Sequence record: PQ493298
DNA from: Escherichia phage EPIMAM01
Reading direction: 5' to 3' (one strand)
Length of the DNA: 64,000 nt
Positions 1 through 10,383 of the stretch are shown here, one piece after another. The notes below the pieces were generated by a model. It was not told where the DNA came from and ran no database searches. It saw only the letters and a list, made by a program, of their open reading frames with translations. Each line of letters opens with the position of its first letter. The stretch's first letter is position 1. A program made the translations under genes and the position numbers.

Positions 1-10
1 ATTTTCCTTA

Positions 11-2188
11 TTAGGCCGCAAGGGCCTTCATAGTTTTAGCGATTTGGGAAACTTCATCATCACTTAAAGAGTTGCGATAACCGATGAAGTCGGAAACAAT
101 ACGGAATTTCTTAGTAAACTCAGTAACCATTTTATCACTGTTTTTTGAAGCATTGTTTGATAATACATCAAAAAGATTAGTTACTGTCCAGATGTCATGG
201 CCGATGGTATCTTTTCCACCGTTGAAATATACACCCTGTAATGAACTAACCATATTAGCGAGTCGTGTATATTCTTCGGAAACTTCATCTACACTGAAGT
301 ACTTCATCATAAAATCTAACTCAGGATACTTAATAATTTTATCAATATATCGTTTAGCTGAACTTGAATAACCTACATACTTATCATAATCTACATCATC
401 AAAAGCATCTACATATAAATCACGCAGAGTTTCAAAAATACATTGGCACTGACCAAGTTCTTTTACCTTTTTCTGCAAAAGCGGACGAATAACATAAAAT
501 TCATTAATGCCAATAAGATTAGCCATACGAGTCAAAATACTCGTAGATGGATGACAAAGCGATGTAGTACCATCCATAGAAAAAATATCAGAACGATGCA
601 TATATGCTACATAACCAGTAATTTCATCTGCTTCTGATGTGAGTGTAAACAGTTCCTCTTTTTCCCAGCGTCCGTCTTTAATTTCAAACTTAAATGCAGT
701 AGCAGCTTTAGGACGAGGAGCTTTACTTTTAACTACCTTCGGAATATAACTTTTAACTAAAGCTTCAATTTCTGACAAATAATGAATGTTAACTTCATCA
801 CTTTCAAACATTGCCATAATATCAGGGAGTAAATCAATCTGCGATTCTACTTCCGGATTAATAAACAGAAGACGCTCATTATGATGAATATTCAAAGTGT
901 TGTTAAATTCTTTATCATCTAATGCATGCGCTAATCCACGGACAATATTAACACGATTTTTAATATTATCAATAACGATATTAATTTTTGTTGTATTAAT
1001 ACCAAACAGACGATAACTTGATGCAACGGCCGAAGTTTCATGACTTTGCTTAATGCGTTTCAGTCGAGGGTCAAGATTTACTTCATACACAACTCCTGCA
1101 TTGCATAACTTACTGTCAGGTTCAAACATGCTTTGCATCTTTTTATATGACAGATTTTTAGTCGTAAATTTGACTGAATTACTAATCATATAATCTCGAG
1201 CAGAATATCCCATCTTCATCAATTCACGGTATGTATGACGAGGAGATGTAGATTCTTTAAATCGTTTTACATCTTCATTGAATGCCTTCTCACTAAGCTC
1301 TTTAACACGCTCAATAATATTTTTACGAGTACGATCATCCAATGAAAGAGCTTCGCGTGATGGAGCAATATCAAGTGAACCCATTGGAAACTTAATGTAA
1401 TTCACTTCATTGCGGATGCTTAACCAGTTACGGTCTCTAATAACACCATCGATAGGATAAACAATACCACCATAGATAGCATACAATCCACCACGATCTG
1501 GCCAGTATCTTTCTGGATTTACGCCGTAATAGTCATCAAAATCCGGAAAATAATCAATTTCGCGGTCAAGACCATTAATGATAGCTAAATCTTTGAATGG
1601 TCGCATGATATAAGAAACTTCATAAGCAAAGTTTCTAAAGTCTTTTTCTTCAACTGGAACTACGATTTCAATACCAGTTTTATCATTTGGACCCATTTCT
1701 TTTACAAATGTAGGTTTAATTTGCGGACCATCACCATCCATGTAAGCTACATAACCGCGAATTTCACCTTTATGATACGAAGTAATACTAAATGTATCAG
1801 TATAACTAAACGGAGATTTAGAACCTAAACCAAATCCACCAATGAAATCGTTAGATTCAGCCTTAGATGAACTAAAGTATGAATTATACAACCCAGGAGA
1901 ATTATCATCACCTTGAATATCAAAATCGCTCATACCCGGACCAAAATCTCGGCAAACAAATCGCGGATCTAATCGTCCTGGAACTTGAATGATAAATTTT
2001 TCATGATTTCCATTGAGAGCATGGGCGTCAATCATGTTGGTAATCAATTCACGGACTACTGCGCGAATCTTGTTTGTATACAAATCAGATGACAGAATTT
2101 TAAATACTTTAGGATTTGCTGCGATGCTAAATGCTTTTGATTTAGAACCATTACCAAGAATTGTTTCTTTTTCAGTGGTGATAATCAT
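11..2188 (-). CDS. rIIA: rIIA protein (membrane-associated, Rex-exclusion target)
   Basis: Track ORF 725 aa; length, position and sequence match my memory of T4 rIIA. Confidence 0.88.
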   Translation of the reverse strand: MIITTEKETILGNGSKSKAFSIAANPKVFKILSSDLYTNKIRAVVRELITNMIDAHALNGNHEKFIIQVPGRLDPRFVCRDFGPGMSDFDIQGDDNSPGLYNSYFSSSKAESNDFIGGFGLGSKSPFSYTDTFSITSYHKGEIRGYVAYMDGDGPQIKPTFVKEMGPNDKTGIEIVVPVEEKDFRNFAYEVSYIMRPFKDLAIINGLDREIDYFPDFDDYYGVNPERYWPDRGGLYAIYGGIVYPIDGVIRDRNWLSIRNEVNYIKFPMGSLDIAPSREALSLDDRTRKNIIERVKELSEKAFNEDVKRFKESTSPRHTYRELMKMGYSARDYMISNSVKFTTKNLSYKKMQSMFEPDSKLCNAGVVYEVNLDPRLKRIKQSHETSAVASSYRLFGINTTKINIVIDNIKNRVNIVRGLAHALDDKEFNNTLNIHHNERLLFINPEVESQIDLLPDIMAMFESDEVNIHYLSEIEALVKSYIPKVVKSKAPRPKAATAFKFEIKDGRWEKEELFTLTSEADEITGYVAYMHRSDIFSMDGTTSLCHPSTSILTRMANLIGINEFYVIRPLLQKKVKELGQCQCIFETLRDLYVDAFDDVDYDKYVGYSSSAKRYIDKIIKYPELDFMMKYFSVDEVSEEYTRLANMVSSLQGVYFNGGKDTIGHDIWTVTNLFDVLSNNASKNSDKMVTEFTKKFRIVSDFIGYRNSLSDDEVSQIAKTMKALAA
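14..26 (-). terminator. GC stem-loop just 3' of rIIA stop
   Basis: ggccgcaagggcc inverted repeat immediately after the rIIA stop codon. Confidence 0.4.
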
Positions 2189-2198
2189 AATTTCCTCA

Positions 2199-2402
2199 TT
2201 AATTCATATTGCGTTTAATAACTTCAGCAACTTCTAGTAGTTCATCTTTAGTTGCGGTGTCGGATTGAATTTTATCTCTAATATCCTTAAAGCGGTTTTT
2301 AAACTCTTCGGCTTCTCCCATATCGAAAAAGCGTTGAATGATTCTATATTCTCGATGAACTGCTTTATCAAAAAGTTCTAAATTTACTTTATATGATTTC
2401 AT
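2199..2402 (-). CDS. small hypothetical protein (rIIA.1 position)
   Basis: Track ORF 67 aa, tightly packed between rIIA and gene 39. Confidence 0.55.
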   Translation of the reverse strand: MKSYKVNLELFDKAVHREYRIIQRFFDMGEAEEFKNRFKDIRDKIQSDTATKDELLEVAEVIKRNMN

Positions 2403-2427
2403 TTCAATATCCTCATTTGCCCAATTA

Positions 2428-2457
2428 ATTATACCACATCCTTGTGGTAAAGTAAAC
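2428..2457 (-). promoter_or_regulatory. T4-type early promoter
   Basis: Minus strand GTTTAC, 18 nt spacer, TATAAT; same 30-bp cassette recurs at 46468..46497. Confidence 0.6.
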
Positions 2458-4277
2458 TATTGGCTCATCCATTCTTTACGAAGGTCAGCATTATCTCCCA
2501 TGAGCATTTCAAAAAGCTCTTTCCAGTTCTCAGGAAGTTTAACAACATCATATACTGGGTTTTGAATCATCTCACGATATTCAGATTTTTCCAAAGAGCC
2601 AAGTCCCTTAATATAACGGATGCTATGTTTAGGTAGAGCATCTTTGGCACTCTCATATTCAGCGACTGTATAAAACCATTCTTGTTTTTTACCGACCTGA
2701 GCGATGATTACAGGAGTTTTGACGAAACGAATTCTTCCTTGTTCAAACAGTTCTGGCCAATTACTAAAAAATCCGAGCAGAGAAGGATAAATGCTTCCTA
2801 GACCATCGTGATCAGCATCGGTCATAATAGCAATATTATGATAATTCAAGTTTTCAGCCTTTTCACCAAGAACTAATCCAGTGATTGCGCAAATATCAAA
2901 CAGTTCTTTGTTTTTAAGCATATCAGCATATGACATACCCCAACTGTTGAGAACTTTACCACGCAATGGATAACCACCATGAAGTTCTTTATCACGAACA
3001 TCAATAAGATATCCGATAGCAGAATCGCCCTCAGTCAAGAAAAGAGTAGTATCAGCATCTTTACCGCAAAGATTCGCTTTAATATGTTTATGAACCTTAG
3101 CTTTAGAAGCCTTTTTAGCTGCTTTAGTTTCTGCTGCCTTTTCTGCCGCCAATTTACGAGCCAAAGCAGCTTCAATAATTGGCATTAAAATTGCTTCATT
3201 ATTTAAAATAGCACGTGAAATCTTTTTAGCATCAAGCTGAATATGACTGCGAATTTCACCAAATGGAGAAGTCAAACGCTCTTTAGTTTGAGAATCAAAT
3301 CGCATGTTTTTCATATCACGAACAAACATGACGATAGTCAAACATTCTTTAACACGTGCTTTAGTTACATCAATTTTGAACTTACGTTTGATTTGTGGAA
3401 TAAGGTCTTCACAAATATCATCCATAACGCAGTCAATATGATGGCCACCATTCTTAGTATGAATGTTATTGACGTATGTTAATTGACGAAAACCATCAGG
3501 TGAACGACCAACAGCAATAGAACAATTTTCTTGTTCTTGAACAATAGCATGCTCATCATACTGGCGTGCATATTTCTTAAAATTACCCTGAACCTTTTTA
3601 CCATTAAAGGTAAATTGAATATCAGGATAAACTACTGCAAGTGTCTGGAGACGATCTAGTGTAATGTCAAGATAAACTTGAGATAGCTCATTAGTTTCAA
3701 ATGACATAAAATCAGGAATGAAAGTAACACGTGTTCCTTTCCATTTTCCAGGAATATCTTCCCATGATTTATTTTCCATGCCATTTGAACAACGAACTAC
3801 AATATTATTTTGACCGTCGCCAGTTTCACCGACAAACATCACAGAAAAAATGTTAGTTAAACTAGAACCAACACCGTTCATACCGCCAGTGACGCGTTCT
3901 TTGTCATCACCAAAGTTACCACCTGCTTTTGGAATAGTCCAGGCAGCAACAGGACCAGGAATTTCTTCACCAGTAGGTGTTTTAACCATCGCTTGTGGAA
4001 TACCACGACCGTTATCTTCAACTGTTACTTGATTGTTTTTGATAGTAACATTAATTTTATTCGCGAATTTAAACTTAGTACGAATACCTTCATCTACTGA
4101 GTTATCGATAATTTCATCAATAAGCTTAACAAGACCAGGTACATACTGAACACTTTCCCATTTACCAAACAGAAAGCGCTCATGCATTTCATTAGCGGAA
4201 GAGCCAATGTACATGCCGCTACGCTTTTTGATATGTTCAATATCGCTCAGAATTTTAATTTCATTCTTAATCATCAC
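2457..4277 (-). CDS. 39: DNA topoisomerase II large subunit, single uninterrupted ORF
   Basis: Track ORF 606 aa; GHKL ATPase motif EDNGRGIP and TOPRIM motif LTEGDSA; no split by a gene-60-type insert. Confidence 0.9.
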   Translation of the reverse strand: MMIKNEIKILSDIEHIKKRSGMYIGSSANEMHERFLFGKWESVQYVPGLVKLIDEIIDNSVDEGIRTKFKFANKINVTIKNNQVTVEDNGRGIPQAMVKTPTGEEIPGPVAAWTIPKAGGNFGDDKERVTGGMNGVGSSLTNIFSVMFVGETGDGQNNIVVRCSNGMENKSWEDIPGKWKGTRVTFIPDFMSFETNELSQVYLDITLDRLQTLAVVYPDIQFTFNGKKVQGNFKKYARQYDEHAIVQEQENCSIAVGRSPDGFRQLTYVNNIHTKNGGHHIDCVMDDICEDLIPQIKRKFKIDVTKARVKECLTIVMFVRDMKNMRFDSQTKERLTSPFGEIRSHIQLDAKKISRAILNNEAILMPIIEAALARKLAAEKAAETKAAKKASKAKVHKHIKANLCGKDADTTLFLTEGDSAIGYLIDVRDKELHGGYPLRGKVLNSWGMSYADMLKNKELFDICAITGLVLGEKAENLNYHNIAIMTDADHDGLGSIYPSLLGFFSNWPELFEQGRIRFVKTPVIIAQVGKKQEWFYTVAEYESAKDALPKHSIRYIKGLGSLEKSEYREMIQNPVYDVVKLPENWKELFEMLMGDNADLRKEWMSQ

Positions 4278-4326
4278 TTATCCTCGTTTGGTTTCGGGAA
4301 TATTATACTCCGGTAATCATAAAGCT

Positions 4327-4344
4327 AAAGGCCCGAAGGCCTTT
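4327..4344 (-). terminator. tetraloop hairpin
   Basis: aaaggcccgaaggccttt; GGCC stem with UUCG loop on the transcript. Confidence 0.5.
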
Positions 4345-4613
4345 TATTTAAAACGGATAGTCGAATCCTTGAAGAATAGACCAGAACACACGGTTCCTTC
4401 TACTTTCTGCCCAGTAGGTCCAATAGCACGAAATCCAGTATGTTGGAAATCATTTTCAGAGCAACCGAACCAGTTGTATCCAGTGATTTCAATATTAGTA
4501 AAACCACTTGAAGATAAAACTTTGGTTGCATTACCAGCATCAGTACATCCTGCTAAAGACACTGCTAATACTAGTGCTGCAATAGAACGATTAATATATT
4601 TCATAGTTTTCAC
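4344..4613 (-). CDS. small lipoprotein
   Basis: Track ORF 89 aa; N-terminal signal peptide with lipobox LAGC. Confidence 0.55.
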   Translation of the reverse strand: MKTMKYINRSIAALVLAVSLAGCTDAGNATKVLSSSGFTNIEITGYNWFGCSENDFQHTGFRAIGPTGQKVEGTVCSGLFFKDSTIRFK

Positions 4614-4981
4614 TCAAATTTAATGGCTTGAAGGAGACTAATAATTCTCAAGCGACTTCTTTCATCTTTAACTGTAAATGAAAGAGGGTCACCAGATTTC
4701 ATAGTGATAGTGCATTCAAAATCAAAACCTTCGGGGACTTCTTCGAATAGGTCAAATTCTTCATCATATATTAGAACATTACTCTGAAAACTGTGAAGAA
4801 TTTTTCCATCATTTCCAGATGCTGTACTAATCATTGTAACATTATTACCTTTCATATCTTCAACGATAAATTCGCTTGTAGATATTACGGCATTAATAGA
4901 ACCATTCCTATAAATAGCAGAAAATAGATATTTCTTTTCTTCACCTTCGCGAATGCGATATTTCTTACCAATTTTAAACAT
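4610..4981 (-). CDS. hypothetical protein
   Basis: Track ORF 123 aa; 4-nt overlap with the downstream gene. Confidence 0.5.
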   Translation of the reverse strand: MFKIGKKYRIREGEEKKYLFSAIYRNGSINAVISTSEFIVEDMKGNNVTMISTASGNDGKILHSFQSNVLIYDEEFDLFEEVPEGFDFECTITMKSGDPLSFTVKDERSRLRIISLLQAIKFE

Positions 4982-4983
4982 AA

Positions 4984-5160
4984 TTACCCTTTAAGTAAGT
5001 CGTAAAAACCACCATTCACATGCTTAGGAGCGGAAACTAACCGAATAGCAACCCGATGACAATCAGGACATACATCAGTATCCCTTTCAGAAATTTTCTT
5101 GATTTTTTCGTATTCTTTTTCGCAGTCTTTGGATTGACATTTATAATCATAAAGCGGCAT
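4984..5160 (-). CDS. small zinc-ribbon protein (CxxC...CxxC)
   Basis: 58-aa ORF below the track cutoff; MPLYDYKCQSKDCEKEY...CPDC; SD AAGGA 7 nt upstream; fills the gap between flanking genes. Confidence 0.45.
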   Translation of the reverse strand: MPLYDYKCQSKDCEKEYEKIKKISERDTDVCPDCHRVAIRLVSAPKHVNGGFYDLLKG

Positions 5161-5162
5161 AA

Positions 5163-5576
5163 TTATTCCTTAAAGTGAGCTTTCAACATCTGATACAAAG
5201 ACCATGCCTGTACATTATTTTCAATAGTAATGTTCATAACCGGGAATTCAGATGGATCAGTTATTGTTGCAGATTCTTCCTGCTCTTCAGCTGCCTGGTA
5301 TGGATTTTCAACTTCATTAAAGAATTCAGCTTCATTCGATGAAAGCCAAATAAAATCTTCATCCAAAATATCTTTACCAGAAGATAGTACTAAATTTCCA
5401 GCAAATGACATAATTTTAATAGGACGCCCAAGAGCATCCACATCTAAAATTTTAAAAGGATGCATACCTAAACGGCGTGCATAGATTCCGTTATCAGTAT
5501 GGTCTTTAATAAAATTTTCTTGAGCTTGTTTATTTTTAAATTGATACCATTTATTAACTTCAAATTTAATAGCCAT
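5163..5576 (-). CDS. hypothetical early protein (goF position)
   Basis: Track ORF 137 aa; synteny only. Confidence 0.45.
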   Translation of the reverse strand: MAIKFEVNKWYQFKNKQAQENFIKDHTDNGIYARRLGMHPFKILDVDALGRPIKIMSFAGNLVLSSGKDILDEDFIWLSSNEAEFFNEVENPYQAAEEQEESATITDPSEFPVMNITIENNVQAWSLYQMLKAHFKE

Positions 5577-5791
5577 TAATAAATTTCCTTCCAGTAAGTT
5601 GTACCATCTTCAGTGATTTCACGAAATACACCGTAAATTGGTTGTTTATCCCCAACCTTTTCATACACATAAACCGAAGTCAAGTGAGTAAACTTAGCAG
5701 TGTGTTCCTTTTGAACTACTACCAAATCTGGATCGAATAACACATCTTCAAATTCGTCATTAGTGCAGCTCTGAACAATTTTACGTTTCAT
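5576..5791 (-). CDS. hypothetical early protein (cef position)
   Basis: Track ORF 71 aa; 1-nt overlap with the upstream ORF. Confidence 0.45.
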   Translation of the reverse strand: MKRKIVQSCTNDEFEDVLFDPDLVVVQKEHTAKFTHLTSVYVYEKVGDKQPIYGVFREITEDGTTYWKEIY

Positions 5792-5890
5792 TACAATTTC
5801 CTCATTAATTGAACATTGGAGCGATGCGTTTCAGAAGAGTAGCAGCACCTTTGGCAAATTTTCCATTTTATTCTCCAAGTTATTTTCTAT

Positions 5891-5933
5891 ATCAGTAGTT
5901 GATATTGATATAGTACCATAATCAACTACTGAT
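5891..5933. repeat. perfect 13-bp inverted repeat bracketing a -10-like element
   Basis: atcagtagttgat ... atcaactactgat with a 17-nt spacer containing the complement of TACTATA. Confidence 0.6.
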
Positions 5934-5963
5934 GTATATAGTTTTATGAAAAAATTTTAAACT

Positions 5964-6461
5964 TTATGCATAGAGAGCTTTGCTATAGTGTTTAATCCAA
6001 CTTTCAGGAATGACTTTGTATGTTCCTAAAAATACCGCGTTGTACAACTTAACGCCATCTTCTACCCATTGATCGGTAATGTATGCACACACAGCGCGAG
6101 TACGATGTTTTTGAACAACCCCTTCCTCATCTTCAGTAAATTCAAATTCATAAGGAGCGACGAACTTAATAGCCTGACCGAGTTTCCACTTAAAGTCTAC
6201 ACCTACATGCGAAGTATCAATCGTTTCAATTCCTTTAGCAGGAACAGCTTTCAAAAACGCAGATTCAAGAAATTTCGCACGAACATAACCAAACTGAGGT
6301 TTAGACTTTCCATCTTTAGGAATGATACGCACTTTTACTTCAGAATCTTCATCTTTAACACCGTGTTTAAGCTGAATGCTTACAATTTCGACCAATTTTC
6401 CTGCTGCTTTAGAACGGGATTTATCAGATACACGAGCAATTTCACCAATATTAATAATCAT
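5964..6461 (-). CDS. hypothetical early protein (motB position)
   Basis: Track ORF 165 aa; C-terminal motif TDQWVEDGVKLYN shared with the next ORF. Confidence 0.5.
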   Translation of the reverse strand: MIINIGEIARVSDKSRSKAAGKLVEIVSIQLKHGVKDEDSEVKVRIIPKDGKSKPQFGYVRAKFLESAFLKAVPAKGIETIDTSHVGVDFKWKLGQAIKFVAPYEFEFTEDEEGVVQKHRTRAVCAYITDQWVEDGVKLYNAVFLGTYKVIPESWIKHYSKALYA

Positions 6462-6537
6462 AGTTATCTCTCACTTGTTAAAAAGATTTTATACTCCACA
6501 GGACCATTATACTCTGGTCCCAAGAGTTTGTAAACTA

Positions 6538-7080
6538 TTAATTCAAAATAGCTACCACTGCACTACGAGGTACTACACTAAAATCACCTGCATGAACAAC
6601 GTTCAGAAGTTCAACACCATCTTCAATCCACTGGTCTGTTACCCAACCACAGACCGAAATAAATGGGGTCTTGATAGCTACAGCACGAGTTAGAAGGTCA
6701 GTAGGATCGCATTCTTGGAAGAGGATAAGCTCTGCTTCAAAGACTATAGTTTTAATTACTTCATCATTATCTAAGCGATGTGCTCGAATCACGTAAGCTT
6801 TATTCTTATCATGCCAATTACTTTTTGAAAAACTTTTAACCACAAACTCACCTTCGCCAAAAACACCGGTCAATGCTTTATAACCTATATTTAGTTCAGT
6901 AGTTTTAATTTCAGTTTCAACCAGTTTGTAGGTTTTGCCAATTTCGATGGTCCGAGCAGTCATAAATGTTTCCTTAATTTCTAATGGTTTAATAAGAGTG
7001 CCGTACATGCTTGCTATATCCATATCAAACAGCTTATCTACAGGATTTGGTGTGTATTCAGGATTATAATTAAATTTCAT
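6538..7080 (-). CDS. paralogue of the 5964..6461 protein
   Basis: Track ORF 180 aa; shares C-terminal motif VTDQWIEDGVELLNVVHAGDF. Confidence 0.5.
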   Translation of the reverse strand: MKFNYNPEYTPNPVDKLFDMDIASMYGTLIKPLEIKETFMTARTIEIGKTYKLVETEIKTTELNIGYKALTGVFGEGEFVVKSFSKSNWHDKNKAYVIRAHRLDNDEVIKTIVFEAELILFQECDPTDLLTRAVAIKTPFISVCGWVTDQWIEDGVELLNVVHAGDFSVVPRSAVVAILN

Positions 7081-7082
7081 AA

Positions 7083-7583
7083 TTATCTCATTTCAATAAA
7101 ATCTACAAGTTCAGCATAGGATTTACGGAACATTACTTGGTATCCGCCAATGATAACTTGGTCATTTGGCACTTCATATACAGCAAGATAAAATCCTTTA
7201 GAAGATAATTCTTCACGCTCTTCTCGTGTGAACCATCTCATCATATCATATTCACTAGCGAAAGCAAAATGATACAATGCAATAAACCATCCTGGAATAT
7301 GATATTCTACTCCAACATAATCTTTCTTGAACTTAGTATTAATTACTATATTAGCGTTTTTAACTAATAGTTTATCTTCGTGTGGTAAAGGAATTCTTTT
7401 ATTATCATCACTATGATGCATAAAATTAGGTCTACTATAACCTACCCGTAATAGCCACTCTTCGCTCCATGAATCTATTATACTCCTGTATGGTGTTATT
7501 TGAACACAAAGATTTCGACGCATTGTTATAGCATCTTCATAATCAAGAATGCTAAACGATGATTCAACACGATAAATTTTCAT
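7083..7583 (-). CDS. hypothetical protein
   Basis: Track ORF 7083..7622 trimmed to internal ATG (MKIYRV) with a GAGGA SD; the longer start runs into the promoter. Confidence 0.45.
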   Translation of the reverse strand: MKIYRVESSFSILDYEDAITMRRNLCVQITPYRSIIDSWSEEWLLRVGYSRPNFMHHSDDNKRIPLPHEDKLLVKNANIVINTKFKKDYVGVEYHIPGWFIALYHFAFASEYDMMRWFTREEREELSSKGFYLAVYEVPNDQVIIGGYQVMFRKSYAELVDFIEMR

Positions 7584-7610
7584 TTTATTATCCTCAGTAG
7601 CTATGATGTT

Positions 7611-7640
7611 ATAATACCACAACTAACCGAGGAAGTAAAC
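7611..7640 (-). promoter_or_regulatory. T4-type early promoter
   Basis: GTTTAC, 18 nt, TATTAT on the minus strand. Confidence 0.55.
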
Positions 7641-7646
7641 AACTTT

Positions 7647-8330
7647 TTATCGTTTTGTTGGAAGAGATAGAGGATCGCACTCTTCCTCTGACGGAGCATC
7701 TTCAAGACCCATAGCATATCGCAAAGCATACTTCATCATCAGGACGTCTTTCGCACAGTCATGAATAGAATCATGTGCAACGAACCCATCTAAAGTTCCC
7801 TTTGGAAGAGGACATGTAGTCATATCACGAACAAGCAGAAGTGCTTCAATTCTGGTACGAATATCACGCTGATTCCAGAATTTACATGGTTCTAACTTAA
7901 ATGTATCAAGCTCATTCTCAGAAACGCCGTTAAAACGTTGAATATCGCGAATGAGATCAACTAAAATTGGAAAATCAAACGACATTCCACGGCACCAGCC
8001 TTGAGATTTCCAAGGATCGATGTTATGTGCATTGATGTAATCATTAAATTTTGCAATACCGTCGATAGTGCTTACATCTTCATCTGATGGCGCAATATTT
8101 TTTCGAGCTTCAGGAGATTGATTTTTCCACCATTCGATAGTGCTTTTAGTAAAAAGACGATGTCCTTTTTGGCTTTTTAAATCAAACTTGATTTTAATGC
8201 CGCGTGAAACTAATTCATCAAATGTTTCAACTACTTCTGGATTAGGGTCAAAGGCAATAACAGCTAAGTCAATAACAGCTGCTTTTTCACCGCTTCCCAT
8301 TGTTTCAAAATCTATAATAAAATCAAACAT
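7647..8330 (-). CDS. dexA: exonuclease A, DnaQ-like 3'-5' exonuclease
   Basis: Track ORF 227 aa; DxE exonuclease motif IIDFETMG; length matches T4 DexA. Confidence 0.85.
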   Translation of the reverse strand: MFDFIIDFETMGSGEKAAVIDLAVIAFDPNPEVVETFDELVSRGIKIKFDLKSQKGHRLFTKSTIEWWKNQSPEARKNIAPSDEDVSTIDGIAKFNDYINAHNIDPWKSQGWCRGMSFDFPILVDLIRDIQRFNGVSENELDTFKLEPCKFWNQRDIRTRIEALLLVRDMTTCPLPKGTLDGFVAHDSIHDCAKDVLMMKYALRYAMGLEDAPSEEECDPLSLPTKR

Positions 8331-8605
8331 TAAATTTTCCTCGCTAAATCGCGAATTTGACCTACAGTATAATCTTGGATATAAACTTTATTAATGGGCT
8401 CATCAATAAATTTTGCCATAGATTCAATATCTTTTTGTATTTCTTCAAGACTGTATACTATCTTTAAAGCTTTTTCACGAATAGTAACATTATCAGGTCC
8501 TGGATTTTCTTGAATGACAGCTTTAACATTTGCCATAAGAGATTTAAACTGATGCAAACTTAATTCAATCATTAATAACCGCCTTATAAAGATGGCTAAT
8601 TTCAC
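8330..8605 (-). CDS. small hypothetical protein
   Basis: Track ORF 91 aa; paralogous to 8565..8825 (VYIQDYTVGQIRDL vs VTISDYVLGEISHL). Confidence 0.45.
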   Translation of the reverse strand: MKLAIFIRRLLMIELSLHQFKSLMANVKAVIQENPGPDNVTIREKALKIVYSLEEIQKDIESMAKFIDEPINKVYIQDYTVGQIRDLARKI

Positions 8606-8825
8606 CTAAAACATAATCACTGATTGTAACAGTTTTCACTTCACCGCAAAAGAATTCTAACGCAATCAAATCTCGTTCAATTTCTTCCAATTGAAACATT
8701 AACTTGCCTGATTCAATTTTCACGTTTTTGCGATTTTTACTATAAGCTATTTCATAAATTTCGCTCACTTTATCTTGAAGCAGATAAAACTGGTCTTTAG
8801 TTATTTCCACGAATAGCTTCCTCAA
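8565..8825 (-). CDS. small hypothetical protein
   Basis: Track ORF 86 aa; tandem paralogue. Confidence 0.45.
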   Translation of the reverse strand: MRKLFVEITKDQFYLLQDKVSEIYEIAYSKNRKNVKIESGKLMFQLEEIERDLIALEFFCGEVKTVTISDYVLGEISHLYKAVIND

Positions 8826-9057
8826 ATTTAATCAGCAGCTTACAGACACTTTCATCTAATGTAATTACCGTGTCTGTATTACTATGATATGATTGTTTTT
8901 CAATTCGTTTAATTGCTAGTATAGTATCACTTATAAGATTAAGTTTATAAAGGAGCTCAGCTCCTGTTACCATAACACTGAGGTTATCTTGCTTATCAGT
9001 ATGCTTCTTTATACCATCTATTAGACGATTTAAATATTTTGAATTGATGTTAATCAT
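8797..9057 (-). CDS. small hypothetical protein
   Basis: Track ORF 86 aa. Confidence 0.4.
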   Translation of the reverse strand: MININSKYLNRLIDGIKKHTDKQDNLSVMVTGAELLYKLNLISDTILAIKRIEKQSYHSNTDTVITLDESVCKLLIKFEEAIRGNN

Positions 9058-9063
9058 ATATCC

Positions 9064-10383
9064 TCACACATAAAACACATCATAACGACCACGAGTAACA
9101 CCAACATAAAGAAGCTGCTGAGCTAGTTCAGCGTCTGCATAATGAATACAAGGCGTATAAATGAAAGCACGGTCTACAGACATACCCTGAGCTTTATGGA
9201 ATGTTGATGCAGGAAGTGCTTTCACTTTACTAAACTGTGATTTAGCATCCCAAAAATCACTCCACGGAGCTTTTCCACCTTTATTCCAATTTTTATAAGT
9301 TTCTGCCGTTTTACCTAAAAATAAGTTAAACTTATACAGCTCTTCATCAGATGAAATTATTTTAATCTTTTCACGATAATATTCATCATCGCCGTAAGTT
9401 TCTACTGTTAAATCCCAATGACGAATTAGATATTCTCCAGAAACACCACGAGCTTTAACAAATGTTGATGTATACTCTGCTTCTATAATACGAACTAATT
9501 GTCCGTTATTAAAAATAATTTCTGACACAGGCTTTCCATCAATTTTATATGTTTTAATTAATGGTTCCTGCATTACAATAATTTCACCAACGATAAAATC
9601 TTTATCAGTTTCAAAAATCTTTTTGCGAATAATGCTATTTAACTTATCAACAGATTTATTCGTAAATGCCATTACGCGATTTTCAAACAAATCGTCTAGT
9701 GATTTTACGATTGAAAAATAATTTACCATAAAATCGCGTAAAGCGGTATCACCAGTAAATCCACGTACTCCATGGCCGTCAACAACTTTATCATAAATCC
9801 ACTTACCGTTGCGAACATCAGTAGCTACATCAATAATAGGAGCATTACTACGTTTAACTTCAGTGAGTTCACACTGATAAAAATCTTTATGTGTAAAGAA
9901 TGGACTGATATAAGCAGTGTTTTCTCCTGGGTCAACAGGTCTAATTTGCTTATTATCCCCTATTCCAATTATAGTACACCATGGCGGGATAGTTGAAAGT
10001 AGAATTTTGAATAGCTTTCTATCATACATTGACACTTCGTCGCAGATTAATACTCTGCATTTAGCTAAATCCGGTACTTCTTTTTGTTCAAAAAGAACGT
10101 TTTCTTCATATGTTACTGGGTTAATTTTAAGAATACTGTGAATAGTACTCGCTTCTTTCCCTGATAGTTTTGAAAGAATCTTTTTAGCTGCATGTGTAGG
10201 AGCTGCTAAAATAATGCCAGTTTCGCCCGTAGATATTAAGGCTTCAATGATGAACTTAGTAAGAGTAGTCTTACCAGTACCAGCAGGTCCATTAATAGTT
10301 ACATGATGTTTCTTTTCTTTAATAGCCCTCATAACGATGTTAAAGGCATTTTTCTGGCCTTCTGTCAAATCATCAAATGTCAT
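9064..10383 (-). CDS. dda: Dda SF1B DNA helicase
   Basis: Track ORF 439 aa; Walker A GPAGTGKTT; length and position match T4 Dda. Confidence 0.9.
   Translation of the reverse strand: MTFDDLTEGQKNAFNIVMRAIKEKKHHVTINGPAGTGKTTLTKFIIEALISTGETGIILAAPTHAAKKILSKLSGKEASTIHSILKINPVTYEENVLFEQKEVPDLAKCRVLICDEVSMYDRKLFKILLSTIPPWCTIIGIGDNKQIRPVDPGENTAYISPFFTHKDFYQCELTEVKRSNAPIIDVATDVRNGKWIYDKVVDGHGVRGFTGDTALRDFMVNYFSIVKSLDDLFENRVMAFTNKSVDKLNSIIRKKIFETDKDFIVGEIIVMQEPLIKTYKIDGKPVSEIIFNNGQLVRIIEAEYTSTFVKARGVSGEYLIRHWDLTVETYGDDEYYREKIKIISSDEELYKFNLFLGKTAETYKNWNKGGKAPWSDFWDAKSQFSKVKALPASTFHKAQGMSVDRAFIYTPCIHYADAELAQQLLYVGVTRGRYDVFYV

Noticed and set aside
84-371. Plus-strand ORFs of 60-154 aa lying inside minus-strand genes, for example 84..371, 3850..4032, 6069..6533, 19081..19311, 25496..25840, 29450..29866, 51695..52036, 59936..60325
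   Set aside because: Each is antisense to a well-supported gene, lacks a convincing SD, and has the Leu/Phe/Ile/Ser-rich composition expected from the reverse strand of AT-rich coding DNA.
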